From contig OY740812.1 of NCBI GenBank assembly GCA_963514005.1, forward strand, positions 2,170,001 through 2,234,000: 64,000 bases of DNA, read 5' to 3'. Within the stretch, counting starts at the first letter, position 1, and each line of letters begins with the position of its first letter. This stretch comes from Raja brachyura. Taxonomy: Eukaryota. Positions 63,101 to 64,000 of the stretch are shown here, in pieces. The position numbers and the translations under genes were made by a program. The notes below the pieces were generated by a model. That model saw nothing but the letters and a program-made list of their open reading frames with translations. It had not been told where the DNA came from and searched no databases.

Positions 63101-64000
63101 TGGTAATATCAGCATTAACTCCAGCGGAAAGCGGCAATCGTTTATTTTTAAGAGCTGTCCATGCCCACCAAATTGCCTGTTGCAAATAGCAATTTCTGCC
63201 TGCCAAAATAAATACCTCCTGCCGTCTAAAATCAGTCTTTACCTATGGATATAATACCTAAACCTTGGAGACCAATATTCCGATTCATAATACTCAAAAA
63301 ATCTTAGCTAACTCCCGTCGTCATAACAAACTCCCCTGTTAAATCCCTTCCACGTTATTGGTTCCATAAACTGAATTGGTCCACCTGTTGCAATATTTCA
63401 TCAAGGCATAAATCTGCTCACCCTCTTCTGAACCTACTCAACACCTCAGTATTCTTCAGCAAACCGCCAAACCTACCACCGCGTGGACATTCCCAATCCA
63501 TACTCAATAATCCTTAAAATAAAATGTATTTTCCTAACAGTCTCCTCATACAAGCAGACACACCCTTGATCGGTGGTAACCGGCTGGTATAGTTTTTGTT
63601 CGCAATTTATCAATTACAATTGTTAAATGTTATACATGTCACACTCAGTGTCGGATACATTACAACGTCTTCTTAAGCATTCCTTTATGATTGAGAATGA
63701 CTGGCGCACACTTTGGCTTTGTTGATGCTGAAGTAGGGAAGTGTTGTAACATCAGACTATTCTGATCGTTCAGGAGACATAAAGTGAGTAGAGGGTAATG
63801 TGGTGCGTTACTTCCGCCACGTGCACAAGACTTCGCCGCGCTCCTGATGCATGGCCTCAACATCACCCACCTTAAGGGACCATGGACCGACCTTGGGTTT
63901 CTCAAAGAAGTCTCTGAGCCCATTCTTGCAACTTTCTCTCTGTTGATAGGTAATCTTTTCCGTGTCAGATCTTGGGATAAAAAATCTGCTTCCGGAGCCC

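Noticed and set aside
1-64000. Intact mir-196, mir-10, HoxB10 or Evx
   Set aside because: No intact mature miRNA sequence or second homeobox was found by eye in this window.

Overview
Vertebrate genomic DNA, most likely from a cartilaginous fish (skate/ray/shark). This is inferred from the HE1/V-SINE, CR1-like and Penelope repeat complement and from the Hox protein sequence. The window covers the posterior end of a HoxB cluster. The only intact host gene is a two-exon HoxB13 on the minus strand (join 50573..49898, 49434 or 49437..49187). The ~49 kb on its 3' side (towards the anterior HoxB genes, which are outside the window) is largely repeat-rich. It holds about 30 short Penelope-like pseudo-LTR copies with a minimal hammerhead-ribozyme motif, many as foldbacks or with target-site duplications (TSDs). 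It also holds CR1 and Rex1/Babar-like LINE 3' ends, V-SINEs, a MITE and a young 5'-truncated Tx1/L1-type LINE. Most notable is a ~130-140 bp two-copy retroelement family whose 5' end folds into a complete minimal HDV-like (CPEB3-type) ribozyme. Other points are a uORF and a NAGNAG acceptor in HoxB13, CTCF-like sites, and speculative relics of a Hox14-type gene, a Hox11/12-type gene and a mir-196. There are three assembly gaps. All calls were made by eye, no database searches were run, and repeat boundaries are approximate unless a TSD is quoted.
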